Origin: an uncultured Chloroflexia bacterium
Lineage (GTDB): Bacteria > Chloroflexota > Limnocylindria > Limnocylindrales > CSP1-4
Assembly: GCA_963814315.1 (NCBI GenBank)
Contig: CAWFCG010000003.1
Span: 1,025,980-1,089,979, forward strand
DNA length: 64,000 nt
Direction of reading: 5' to 3'
Notes under the pieces: generated by a model
Databases searched by the model: none
Told to the model about the DNA's origin: nothing
The model's input: the letters and a program-made list of their open reading frames with translations, nothing else
Shown here: positions 19,509 through 28,811 of the stretch, piece by piece
Layout of the letters: the number at the start of each line of letters is the position of its first letter
How positions within the stretch are numbered: the stretch's first letter is position 1
Made by a program: the position numbers and the translations under genes

Positions 19509-21017
19509 CTATCCGCTGACCATACGATCGCCCTCGGCAAGCAGGGCGTCACGCAACTCGGGACTGCTAGCTTCGGTGTAGACGCGCACCAGCGGCTCGG
19601 TGCCACTGAAGCGGATCAGTAGCCAGGAGCCGTCATCGACCCAGAACTTGAAGCCATCGCCGGTGTCGAGCGGGATGCTGCGCGAGACCTGACGGCCGCC
19701 CAACTGCGCTGGCGAGTGCTCACCCAACTCATCGAGCAGTCGGGCCTTCAACGCCGGGTACGCATCGCGATCGGTGTGTACGTCGGTGCGCAGGTAGTAC
19801 GAGGGCCCGGCGACCTCATGGAGGTGCGCCACCGCCTGCGAGACGGAACCGCGGCCAGCCTCTCGCTCGCGCACGAAGAGATCGAGCAGCAGTAAGTCCG
19901 CGTAGATTCCGTCGCGCTCGGGCAGGTGCATGCCGAATCCGTAGCCGCCCGATTCCTCGCCACCCATCATGGCACCGGTCTCGATCATCCTGGGACCGAC
20001 GAACTTGAAGCCGACGGGCGTCTCATGAACCGCCACACCGTAACGCTCGCCGAGACGGAAGGCCATCGAGGTTTCGTTGATGGTGGTGACCACCGGTGCA
20101 TGCTGGCCACGGTGCTCAAGCATGTAGTACATGAGCAGGCCGTAGCACTGCAGCTGGTGGATGAAGACGCCGTTCTCATCGATGGCACCGGCGCGGTCGG
20201 CGTCCCCGTCCAGCACCAGCCCCAGGTCGTATCCGCCCGCAGCGACCGCGCCCAGCGCCTCATCGATGTGGGGCCTGATGGGCTCGGGATTGACGCCGCC
20301 GAACCAGGGGTTGCGCTCACTGTGGAGCTCATCCACGACGATCCTTCCGCCGGCCAGCAGTCGTCCGATCCAGCCCGCGCCGGAGCCGTAGAGCGGGTCT
20401 ACCAGCACGCGCATGTCGACCGCTTTCAAGCGATCCAGATCCAGCGTACGGCGCACGAAAGCTTCGTAGCCGATGTACGGATCGAAGCGCTCCACTTCGC
20501 CAGCAGCCTCAGCCTCGTCAAAGGCACGTCTGGGAGGCTGTTCAGCCGCACGGGCGGCGATGACCGCCTCGACCTTGTGAAGGATGGCCGGGTCGGCCGC
20601 GGCACCTGTGGGCGACTTGATCTTGAAGCCGTTGTCGGTCCAGGGGTTGTGTGAGGCGGTGATCATGACCGCGCAGGCCGAGCCGCGTTCCACCACCTCG
20701 TAGGACGTCATCTGGGTCGGGATCGCCCCAGCCGCGAAGACGACCTTGATATCGTGGGCGAGCAGGACCTCTGCGGCAGCCGCCGCGAAGTACTCACTCG
20801 CGAAGCGGCGGTCGTAACCGACGACCACCCCATTGGCCGTGGTCCCCTGTTCGATGACCCATTCGGCGACGCCCTGCGCACAACGACGGACGTTATCGTA
20901 AGTGTAGTCCTCGCCGATCCTGGCGCGCCAGCCATCGGTCCCAAAGACGATGGGCGGCGCCGTGGGCGGAGTGTCGGACACGGGCGACTGCCCTCCTTTA
21001 GCTTCCTTGCTGGACAT
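19509..21017 (-). CDS. manB: phosphomannomutase/phosphoglucomutase
   Basis: Has the active-site TASHNP (ITASHNPWTDNGFK) and the Mg-binding DGDADR motif. The likely start is MSSKEAKGG (complement of cat at 21015-21017); the ORF-track extension is spurious. Confidence 0.85.
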   Translation of the reverse strand: MSSKEAKGGQSPVSDTPPTAPPIVFGTDGWRARIGEDYTYDNVRRCAQGVAEWVIEQGTTANGVVVGYDRRFASEYFAAAAAEVLLAHDIKVVFAAGAIPTQMTSYEVVERGSACAVMITASHNPWTDNGFKIKSPTGAAADPAILHKVEAVIAARAAEQPPRRAFDEAEAAGEVERFDPYIGYEAFVRRTLDLDRLKAVDMRVLVDPLYGSGAGWIGRLLAGGRIVVDELHSERNPWFGGVNPEPIRPHIDEALGAVAAGGYDLGLVLDGDADRAGAIDENGVFIHQLQCYGLLMYYMLEHRGQHAPVVTTINETSMAFRLGERYGVAVHETPVGFKFVGPRMIETGAMMGGEESGGYGFGMHLPERDGIYADLLLLDLFVREREAGRGSVSQAVAHLHEVAGPSYYLRTDVHTDRDAYPALKARLLDELGEHSPAQLGGRQVSRSIPLDTGDGFKFWVDDGSWLLIRFSGTEPLVRVYTEASSPELRDALLAEGDRMVSG

Positions 21018-21395
21018 CCGGCCCGGCGTGGACAGGACGCGCTCGAATGGTACCCCGACCCGTCGCCACTGAAGCATCCAGCGCTCCGTACTCCCACGGG
21101 TCCGCACTCGCACGCCACCGACCCCAAGGCGTCGGCCACATTTGCGTGGCACTCACGTACGTGACACCCTGCCCGTATCACTCGTCGTTCTGTTGCCTCG
21201 TGGGCAAACCACAGGCACGCTGGACAGCGATGCGGACTCTCACGCAGACCAGCGACCCGCTGCGTCGCGACCTCGTCACTTATGTGCGCGGTGGTCAAAC
21301 GCCAAGGGGAGCGCGGATCGCGGCGCGCCACGATCCGTTGGGCAGGCGCAGGGAACCGGATGCTTGCCGTCGCTAGACTTGCCGCTGGAACGCCG

Positions 21396-22300
21396 ATGAC
21401 GGAAGGAAGCTGGCGACGGGCACCAAGCGGGAGACTGACACGGATACCGACGCGGAGACGGAGACGGAGACGCACACGGAGCCATCGGCCAGCGGGGCCA
21501 CGGAGCGCGCGACCAGGCCGCTGTTCGTCATCGGCTCTCCGCGCTCGGGCACGACGCTGCTGCGCCTGATCCTCGACTCGCACCCGCGCATCTCGTGTGG
21601 CGAGGAAACGCATTTCCTGCGTGACCTGGAGGCGATCGTCGGGCGCGACTGGGAGTTGGTGGCCACCTACGGCCTGGATCGCGAGTGGTGGCTCGGGCGC
21701 ATCCGCTCGCTCTACGCTGAGTTCCAGTCGGAGGTCCTGGCACGTTCGGGCAAAGCACGCTGGGCTGAGAAGGACCCCACCTACACGCTCCATCTCGACT
21801 TCATCGAGGCGCTCTTTCCGGACGCCCTGTACGTGCACCTCCTGCGTGACGGGCACGACGTGGTGGCCAGCTTCCGCGATCGCTGGGGCTACACCTCGGC
21901 TGCTCGAGCGGCGCGGGGCGAGTGGGCACGCTACGTCTCGGCAGCCCGGGCCCACCGCGACCGCTTGCCGGATGATCGCTTCCTGGAGCTGCGCTACGAA
22001 GCCCTGGTGGGCGACCCCGAAACCGAATGCCGTCGGCTCTTCGAATTCCTCGCCGAGGACTGGGATCCAGCCGTGCTCACGTTCGACCCGTCTGCGCACC
22101 GCGCCACTGACCGCTATCAGTGGTTCACAGCTGGGCGCCGACAAGCCGGCGGTGATGACGCCACCATCTACCGGTCGCGGGTGGGAACCGGTGGTCGTTC
22201 GCTCGACCCCTTCCTGCGTACCCTGCTCAGACGGCGCAACGGCGACCTGCTGCGGGAGCTTGGCTACCTTGGTGACCCCGGTGGCGGTGCGGGCCGATGA
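21396..22300 (+). CDS. sulfotransferase 1 (PAPS-dependent); start unresolved and a possible frameshift in the N-terminal repeat
   Basis: Has the 5'-PSB loop PLFVIGSPRSGTTLL and the motif LLRDGHDVVASF. No ATG/GTG/TTG lies in frame between the stop at 21376 and the PSB loop. An ATG at 21396 (MTEG...) is in a different frame. Confidence 0.6.
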
Positions 22301-23379
22301 CGAAGCAACGGCCGCTGCGCGTCGGGTTCCTGCACGTCGGCCGCGAGCACAGCGGGCTGCGACGCTACGGCGCCATCCTCGCCGCCGAAGCTGCCACGCG
22401 GCCCGATGTGGTGGTCATCGAGAGTGACGCCGGCGATCGCGGAGCGTCGTGGTCTGATCTCCGCCGGGCGGCGCGACGCTTGCGCGGCTGCGACGTGGTC
22501 CACCTGCAATGGAAGCTCGCCGACTGGGATCCTCGCCTGGGCGGCATCCCGCGCATGGAGGTCGTGCTGCGATCGCTACGTCGTCCGTTGGTCGTCACGC
22601 TGCATGACGTCTTCTCGCGTGAGGGACTGTGGGAGCGATTCCTCTCCCCCGCCGCGGTCGGGCTGCGACGCCTGGGGCACGCCGCGAGCCGCGTGGTCGT
22701 CCACTCAGAGGAAGAGCGCGGCCGACTCCGGGGCCTGCTGCCGGAGGGCAAGGTCGAGGTCGTACCGCACTTCGTGGAGGTACGCGGGCCGCTGCCCGAC
22801 CGAACCGGGGCACGATCAGCCCTCGGCCTCAGCGATGCCCGGGTCATCACGCTGCTGGGGTATCTCACCCGCCGTCGTGGACATCGGCTGGTCATCGATG
22901 CCCTGCGCGAACTGCCTGATGAGGTCACCGCGCTCTTCGTCGGCTCGGTCATCGAGGGCCGCGACTCCGTGGGACGGGCGCTACAGGCATACGCAGCCGA
23001 AGCCGGCCTGGCGGAACGCGTCCGCTTCATGGGCTACATCCCCGACGACGAGCTGGTGCGCGTGCTGGCCGCCACCGACGTGGCCCTCTGCCCATTCGAG
23101 CGCATGTCGGCCTCGGGCGCTCTGGCGACGTGGCTCTCAGCCGGCCGGCCCATCGTGGCCTCCGACCTGGCGCCATTCCGGGAGCTTGCGACCATGCAGC
23201 CGGGGGCGTTGCACCTGTTCCGGCCCTACCAGCCAGCCGCCTTGGCGCGATGCATCGGCGCCACGCTGGACCTCTCCACGAACGAGCCCGATCCCAATGT
23301 GCGGGCACTGGCACAGCGCCTGGCGACACCCAGGGTCATTGACCGCTATGTCGGCCTCTACCGAGCCGCAGCGAGCTAG
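22297..23379 (+). CDS. GT4-like (GT-B) glycosyltransferase, copy 1
   Basis: 360 aa with a GT-B C-terminal domain bearing a degenerate EX7E region (PFERMSASGALATWLSAGRPIVASD). It overlaps the sulfotransferase as ATGA and is a paralog of 25598-26689. Confidence 0.55.
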   Translation: MTKQRPLRVGFLHVGREHSGLRRYGAILAAEAATRPDVVVIESDAGDRGASWSDLRRAARRLRGCDVVHLQWKLADWDPRLGGIPRMEVVLRSLRRPLVVTLHDVFSREGLWERFLSPAAVGLRRLGHAASRVVVHSEEERGRLRGLLPEGKVEVVPHFVEVRGPLPDRTGARSALGLSDARVITLLGYLTRRRGHRLVIDALRELPDEVTALFVGSVIEGRDSVGRALQAYAAEAGLAERVRFMGYIPDDELVRVLAATDVALCPFERMSASGALATWLSAGRPIVASDLAPFRELATMQPGALHLFRPYQPAALARCIGATLDLSTNEPDPNVRALAQRLATPRVIDRYVGLYRAAAS

Positions 23380-24473
23380 AGCAAGTCGTCTCGGCCTTCG
23401 TCCCTGAGGCGATCGACCACTTGCTTGACATCCTGGGCGGCCTGCGCCGAGCAGACCAGTAGCGCGTCGGGTGTGTCCACCACGATGACGTCACCCAGGC
23501 CCACCACGGCCACCGTCCGGCCACCTGCCGCGTGCACGAAGACACCCCGCCCATCCACGCTGATGACGCGGGCCGGAGGCTCCTCGTCGATGACCGGCTC
23601 CCCCGCATCACTGCGCTGATCACGCAATGCAGACCAGGACCCCAAGTCGCTCCAGCCGACGGAGATCGGAACTACAGCCACCTGGCCCTCGAGCGAAGCC
23701 GGCTCCAGCAAGGCGTAGTCGATCGATGTCGCCCGCAAGCGGTCGTACGTTTGCTCCATCGCCGTGCCGGGCCAGCCGGCTTCGAGTCCACGCGGCGCGG
23801 CAGCGATCCAGTCACCGATGGGGCCGCTGATATCTGGGGAGTGGCGCGCCAGGCCCGCCAGTACGGAAGCGCGACGCCACACGAAGATGCCCGCGTTCCA
23901 AAACGCCGAGCGTAAGGCGATGAGCTCGCGTGCCCTCGCCAGATCGGGCTTCTCCTCGAAGCGTTCGACGCGGTAGCTCTCACACCCGCCGAACACGGTG
24001 ACGTCCCCGCCGGCGATGACATAGCCGTAACCGGTGGAGGGTTCTGTCGGCTCCACGCCCAGCGTCACCAAGTCACCGGCGGCGGCACGTTCGCCGGCGC
24101 TGGCCAACGCCGCACGGAAGCCTGCCTCGTCCGCGACCGCCTGATCGGCAGGGAGCACCACCATGACGTCGTCGGGTCGATCGATGGCGTGGGCGGCAAG
24201 CGCCACCGCGGCGGCCGTGTTGCGGCCCATGGGCTCACCGAGGATGTTGGCCGCCGGGATGGTCGGCACAAGCTCGCGCACCAGGCCCGCGTGGCGCGCG
24301 TCGGTCACGATGTAGATGTCTGCCGGCTCGATCAACGGGGCCAGACGGCTGACACCGGCTTCGAGGAGGCTACGTCCACCTTCGAGAAGTGGAAGGAACG
24401 GCTTGGGTCGGCGGGCTCTGCTCAGGGGCCAGAGTCGGGTGCCGCCCCCGCCGGCCATGATGACTGCGTACAT
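23376..24473 (-). CDS. manC: mannose-1-phosphate guanylyltransferase (GDP-mannose pyrophosphorylase)
   Basis: Has the nucleotidyltransferase N-terminus MYAVIMAGGGGTRLWPLS. The start is MYAV, the complement of cat at 24471-24473. It is convergent with GT4 copy 1 and overlaps it by 4 nt. Confidence 0.8.
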   Translation of the reverse strand: MYAVIMAGGGGTRLWPLSRARRPKPFLPLLEGGRSLLEAGVSRLAPLIEPADIYIVTDARHAGLVRELVPTIPAANILGEPMGRNTAAAVALAAHAIDRPDDVMVVLPADQAVADEAGFRAALASAGERAAAGDLVTLGVEPTEPSTGYGYVIAGGDVTVFGGCESYRVERFEEKPDLARARELIALRSAFWNAGIFVWRRASVLAGLARHSPDISGPIGDWIAAAPRGLEAGWPGTAMEQTYDRLRATSIDYALLEPASLEGQVAVVPISVGWSDLGSWSALRDQRSDAGEPVIDEEPPARVISVDGRGVFVHAAGGRTVAVVGLGDVIVVDTPDALLVCSAQAAQDVKQVVDRLRDEGRDDLL

Positions 24474-24544
24474 GCCAAGATTGTGCACGACGATGGCGAC
24501 CACCCGCCGGGCCCCCGGGACAACGAGGCAGGAAGACGACGAGC

Positions 24545-25576
24545 GTGACTGAGGAACCGACCAACACCACCACCATGGAAACGGCGACCGACCACCTGGA
24601 CTCGCCGCCGCCTCGGGGCCTTGACCCGAGCCTGCCGCCGGACGCCAACCCTGAGCCATCGCCTATCGGCCTCGCCGATATGTGGCGCATCGCGCGCAAG
24701 ACCTATCGTGCCGAGCGACGCTACTACCTCAAGCTCGAGCGCAGCCGGCCCATGACGTCGAAGCGGCTGACCAGCTCGCTTCTGCCCAAGCTGGAACGAC
24801 CGATCTTCATCATCGGTGCGGCCCGCTCGGGTACTACCTTCCTGGGCGATTGCATCGGCCGCATCCCGGAGGTCACCTATCACCACGAACCGCCGGCCAC
24901 CAAGGCTGCCGGGCGATACGTGTACGAGGACCTGTGGGGGTTCCGCCGCTCGCGATGGTTCTTCCGACTCGTCTACAGCTGGCTGGTGCGCGTGGAGCGC
25001 GATGGAGACCTGCGTTTCAGCGAGAAGACGCCGACCAACATCTTCCTCATCCCGTTCCTGGCCAGGGCCTTCCCCGACTCACAGTTCATCCACATCGTCC
25101 GCGACGGCCGCGACGCCGCCAGCTCACACATGCATAAGCCCTGGCTACGCGCCGAGGACGCCTGGTCGGGCGAGCGCGAGCCGGGCGGCTATCTCCACGG
25201 CCCCTGGCCCAAGTTCTGGGTGGAGCCTGCGCGGCGTGAGGAATTCACCAAGACCAGCGATGCCCGACGCATGGCCTGGGCCTGGCGCCGCTACACCGAG
25301 ACCGGACTGCGCGAAGGCCCTGCCCTGGGTCAGCATCGCTACCACGAGCTGCGCTACGAAGACCTGGTGCGACAGCCACTCGACGAGGGCGAACGCCTCC
25401 TCGATTTCCTTGGTATCGAGCGCAAAAGATCGCGTGACACGTTCCTCTCGGCGACCATGCGCGCGGATGATTCCTCGGTCGGGACCTGGCGCGACACTTT
25501 CTACCCCTCCGAGCTCACCGAGATCGATGCCGAGGCGGGCGAGCTGCTGCGGCAACTCGGCTACGACGACGACTGA
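24545..25576 (+). CDS. sulfotransferase 2 (PAPS-dependent)
   Basis: Has the PSB loop IFIIGAARSGTTFL and the motif IHIVRDGRDAASS. It begins MTEE, like the out-of-frame ATG of sulfotransferase 1. Confidence 0.7.
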   Translation: MTEEPTNTTTMETATDHLDSPPPRGLDPSLPPDANPEPSPIGLADMWRIARKTYRAERRYYLKLERSRPMTSKRLTSSLLPKLERPIFIIGAARSGTTFLGDCIGRIPEVTYHHEPPATKAAGRYVYEDLWGFRRSRWFFRLVYSWLVRVERDGDLRFSEKTPTNIFLIPFLARAFPDSQFIHIVRDGRDAASSHMHKPWLRAEDAWSGEREPGGYLHGPWPKFWVEPARREEFTKTSDARRMAWAWRRYTETGLREGPALGQHRYHELRYEDLVRQPLDEGERLLDFLGIERKRSRDTFLSATMRADDSSVGTWRDTFYPSELTEIDAEAGELLRQLGYDDD

Positions 25577-25597
25577 GCGCCATGGCGCCGCCTGACC

Positions 25598-26689
25598 ATG
25601 GTCGCTGAGCTGCGCGCTCTCGGCTTCCTGCACCTGGGTCGCAATGAGAGCGGCGTACGCCGCTACGGCCAGCTCATCGCGGATGAAGCCAGGGGACGCT
25701 CGGGCATCGTCGTCAGCGAAGCCGAGGCGGGCCGTATCGATGAGTCGTCAGAGCAGCTGACCCAGGTGGCCGCGGAACTGGCCTCTTCTGATGTGGTCGT
25801 GATGCAATGGAACCGCCGAGGCTGGGGCAAGAACGGCCGCTCGCTGCCGCGCCTGCTGCGCTTCCGCCGCGCCTACAAGGGCGCGCTGTTGGTGACGATG
25901 CACGATGTCTTCGACCGCGATGGCCTGCGGCAACGCCACCTCCAACCGGACGTCTGGTCATTGCGTTGGCTGGGTCGGACAGCCGAGCGCATCGTGGTGC
26001 ATTCCCAAATCGAGGTGGAACGGCTGCGCGGCATCATCCCCATCGACAAGATCCGTGTCATCCCGCACTTCGTCGAGAACCGCCGACTCTCGCTGAGCCC
26101 CGAGGAGGCGCGCGCCAAGCTGGGATTGTCCGACCGGCGCGTCGTCACGCTGCTGGGGTTCGTGTACGGCCGCAAGGGCCACCGCTATGCCGTCGACGCG
26201 GTCCCGTTCATGCCTGACGACGCCGTGATGGTCTACGCGGGCGGTCCGGTCGCGGGTCGGACGTTCGTCTACGACCTGGCGCTGTCAAGGGCAGAGGAAC
26301 TGGGCTTGGGGGAGCGGTTCCGCATCACCGGCTACCTCGACGATGCCGCCTGGGAGACATGGATCGCGGCCACACACCTCGCCATCCTGCCGTTCACCGA
26401 CCTGTCGGCTTCGGGCTCGCTCTCGTCTTGGATCTCAGCCGGCAAGCCCATGCTCGTGTCCGATCTGCCGGGAACCCGCGAGTACGGCCGTCGTGTCCCC
26501 GGTGCACTCCACTTCTTCGGTCCGCCAGAAGCCTGGCCGCTCGGCTCCGCAATCAGTGAACTACTGGCGGAGCCACTGCCAGATCCGGACCCGGGCGTGC
26601 AGCGGCTGGCGCGCGAGCTGAGCATGGAACGAACGGTCGATCGCTATCTCGCGGTGGCACGCGAAGCGCTGGCGGTCCGCCGCGGCTGA
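25598..26689 (+). CDS. GT4-like (GT-B) glycosyltransferase, copy 2
   Basis: A paralog of 22297-23379 with the same N-terminal LGFLHLGR..SG.RRYG motif and C-terminal SASGSLSSWISAGKPMLVSD. Confidence 0.55.
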   Translation: MVAELRALGFLHLGRNESGVRRYGQLIADEARGRSGIVVSEAEAGRIDESSEQLTQVAAELASSDVVVMQWNRRGWGKNGRSLPRLLRFRRAYKGALLVTMHDVFDRDGLRQRHLQPDVWSLRWLGRTAERIVVHSQIEVERLRGIIPIDKIRVIPHFVENRRLSLSPEEARAKLGLSDRRVVTLLGFVYGRKGHRYAVDAVPFMPDDAVMVYAGGPVAGRTFVYDLALSRAEELGLGERFRITGYLDDAAWETWIAATHLAILPFTDLSASGSLSSWISAGKPMLVSDLPGTREYGRRVPGALHFFGPPEAWPLGSAISELLAEPLPDPDPGVQRLARELSMERTVDRYLAVAREALAVRRG

Positions 26690-26695
26690 TCGGGC

Positions 26696-27895
26696 TTACA
26701 CGATCCCGGCGTCGTCGGCGAGCAGCCCCGCCTTGTCGATGCGCTCCCAGGGCAGATCCAGGTCCTCTCGGCCGAAGTGGCCATAGGCCGCCGTCTGCTG
26801 GTAGATGGGCTGCCACAAGTCGAGGGCACTGATGATGCCACCTGGTCGCAGATCGAAGTGACGCTCGATCAGCTTCTGGATGTCAGCATCAGCGATGACA
26901 CCGGTGCCGAACGACTCGACCGAGATCGATACCGGCTCGGCGATGCCGATGCCGTACGCCAGCTCCACCTCGAAACGATCGGCCAGACCGGCGGCGACCA
27001 CGTTCTTGGCCACCCAGCGGGCGGCATAGGCGGCCGAACGGTCGACCTTGGTCGGATCCTTGCCGCTGAAGGCGCCGCCGCCGTGACGTGCCATGCCGCC
27101 GTAGGTGTCGACGATGATCTTGCGGCCGGTGAGGCCGGCATCACCCATGGGTCCACCCTGAACGAAGCGGCCGGTGGGATTGACATGCATGACCGGGTCC
27201 TGTGCACGCAGAACGGGCTCGATGCTGGGCAGGATGACGGCCTCGATGATCTCTTCACGCAACTGCTCAGCACGGACGTCTGGGTCGTGCTGGCTGGAGA
27301 CGACGACCGTCGGCACGCGCACAGGAACACCACGCTCGTACTCGACGGTGACCTGCGTCTTGCCATCGGGTCGCAGATAGTGCAGCTGTCCACTCTTGCG
27401 AACCTCAGCCAGGCGGCGCGCCATGCGATGTGCCAGCGCGATCGGCAGCGGCATCAGCTCCGGTGTCTCGCGGCAGGCAAAGCCGAACATCATGCCCTGG
27501 TCACCGGCGCCGAGCTGGTCACGGTCGACGCCCTGGGCGATGTCTGACGACTGCTCTTTGACCGAGACGATGGTGCCGCAGGTCTCGTAGTCGAAGCCGT
27601 AGTCCGACTTGGTGTAGCCGATCTTCCGGACCGTTTCACGCACGATGGCCTGGAAGTCGACGTAGCCCTCGGTCGAGATCTCGCCCAGCACCAGCACCAG
27701 GCCGGTGGTGGTCGCCGTCTCACAGGCGACTCGTGGGTCGCGAGCCTTGGGGTCGGTCGCTTTTCGCGCGTTCGCTTCACCGATGAGGGCATCGAGGATG
27801 GCATCCGAGATCTGGTCGCACATCTTGTCGGGATGGCCTTCGGTGACCGACTCCGAGGTGAACAGATACTGCGTGGCGTCGGCGATGCTGGTCAT
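26696..27895 (-). CDS. metK: S-adenosylmethionine synthetase
   Basis: Carries the GHPDK motif within high-identity MetK-like sequence. Confidence 0.9.
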   Translation of the reverse strand: MTSIADATQYLFTSESVTEGHPDKMCDQISDAILDALIGEANARKATDPKARDPRVACETATTTGLVLVLGEISTEGYVDFQAIVRETVRKIGYTKSDYGFDYETCGTIVSVKEQSSDIAQGVDRDQLGAGDQGMMFGFACRETPELMPLPIALAHRMARRLAEVRKSGQLHYLRPDGKTQVTVEYERGVPVRVPTVVVSSQHDPDVRAEQLREEIIEAVILPSIEPVLRAQDPVMHVNPTGRFVQGGPMGDAGLTGRKIIVDTYGGMARHGGGAFSGKDPTKVDRSAAYAARWVAKNVVAAGLADRFEVELAYGIGIAEPVSISVESFGTGVIADADIQKLIERHFDLRPGGIISALDLWQPIYQQTAAYGHFGREDLDLPWERIDKAGLLADDAGIV

Positions 27896-28015
27896 GTGCG
27901 TCGGGCTCTCCTGTCGTGGGGTCGGCGGAAGCGTAGCAGAGACGTCAGCTCAAACCCGCTGACTGGGCCATCGGACCCACTACCCCGTGTCCGCCGGCAG
28001 GCCACTTCGGGACCG

Positions 28016-28789
28016 ATGGCCGTGCCGCGACAGCGGGGTCTGCCGCATGCTGAAGTCCAGATGGCGCATCTTCCTCAATCCATCGATCCCAAGCTGGCGT
28101 CGGCCCTGCTCGCTGACTGGGGATTTCTGGCTGATCCCGACCTGCCCGATCACCCTGGGCCGGCCTACCTGCTGGTGGCCATCCGAGCCAAGCCGACGCT
28201 CCGCCACTACGACCCTGAGCTGGCCGAATACTGGATCACCGGTCCCAAGGGCCACGGCGTGCGCGAGACCATCACCTTCGCCAGTCGCATGCCGCGTCAG
28301 ATCGAGTTCAGCTGGGGCATGATCTCCGTGGTCGACCGCAAGGGCGTCGCCAATCGCTACCTCACCTTCGGGGGGACGCTGCGGGCGGAGCGTGTCGACG
28401 GTGAGGTCATCTGTGTCTTCGAGTCGCCGGCCCCGCTGCTGCGGCGCGGCGGCCACTCCCAGGGCTGGGACACGGGGGCACACAGCGTGGGCGGATTCTT
28501 CGGCCGATTTCGTGCCGCCGCCGGTTACGAGCACGACTTCGAGACGCTCGCCGCGGAGATGGATCCGGTCACGCGCTACGCGGCATTCGTCAACGAATTC
28601 GTGGTGCGCTATCGCTCTAGCGAATACCTGCGCGACCACTACCCCAAGCTGTGGACCATCATGGTCAACGAGGAGAAGCGGTTGCGGCGCCAGCACCCAA
28701 CTGAATGGGCCGGTGGCTTGGAGTTGCTTGAATCCACGCAGCGTGCCGCCTCAGGCGGCAGCCTCGCCTCACTGCTGCGTCCGTTCTAG
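28016..28789 (+). CDS. hypothetical protein
   Basis: An ORF with coding-like composition and no recognisable motif. The start is uncertain (MAVP at 28016 or MAHL at 28061). It is convergent with ahcY. Confidence 0.4.
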   Translation: MAVPRQRGLPHAEVQMAHLPQSIDPKLASALLADWGFLADPDLPDHPGPAYLLVAIRAKPTLRHYDPELAEYWITGPKGHGVRETITFASRMPRQIEFSWGMISVVDRKGVANRYLTFGGTLRAERVDGEVICVFESPAPLLRRGGHSQGWDTGAHSVGGFFGRFRAAAGYEHDFETLAAEMDPVTRYAAFVNEFVVRYRSSEYLRDHYPKLWTIMVNEEKRLRRQHPTEWAGGLELLESTQRAASGGSLASLLRPF

Positions 28790-28811
28790 ACTTGCTGCTT
28801 GGCCCCGACGA

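Noticed and set aside
20708-22144. 478-aa minus-strand ORF spanning the manB start, the intergenic region and sulfotransferase 1
   Set aside because: It is a GC-frame shadow ORF with Arg/Pro/Ala-rich nonsense composition. It overlaps two well-supported genes and a promoter region.
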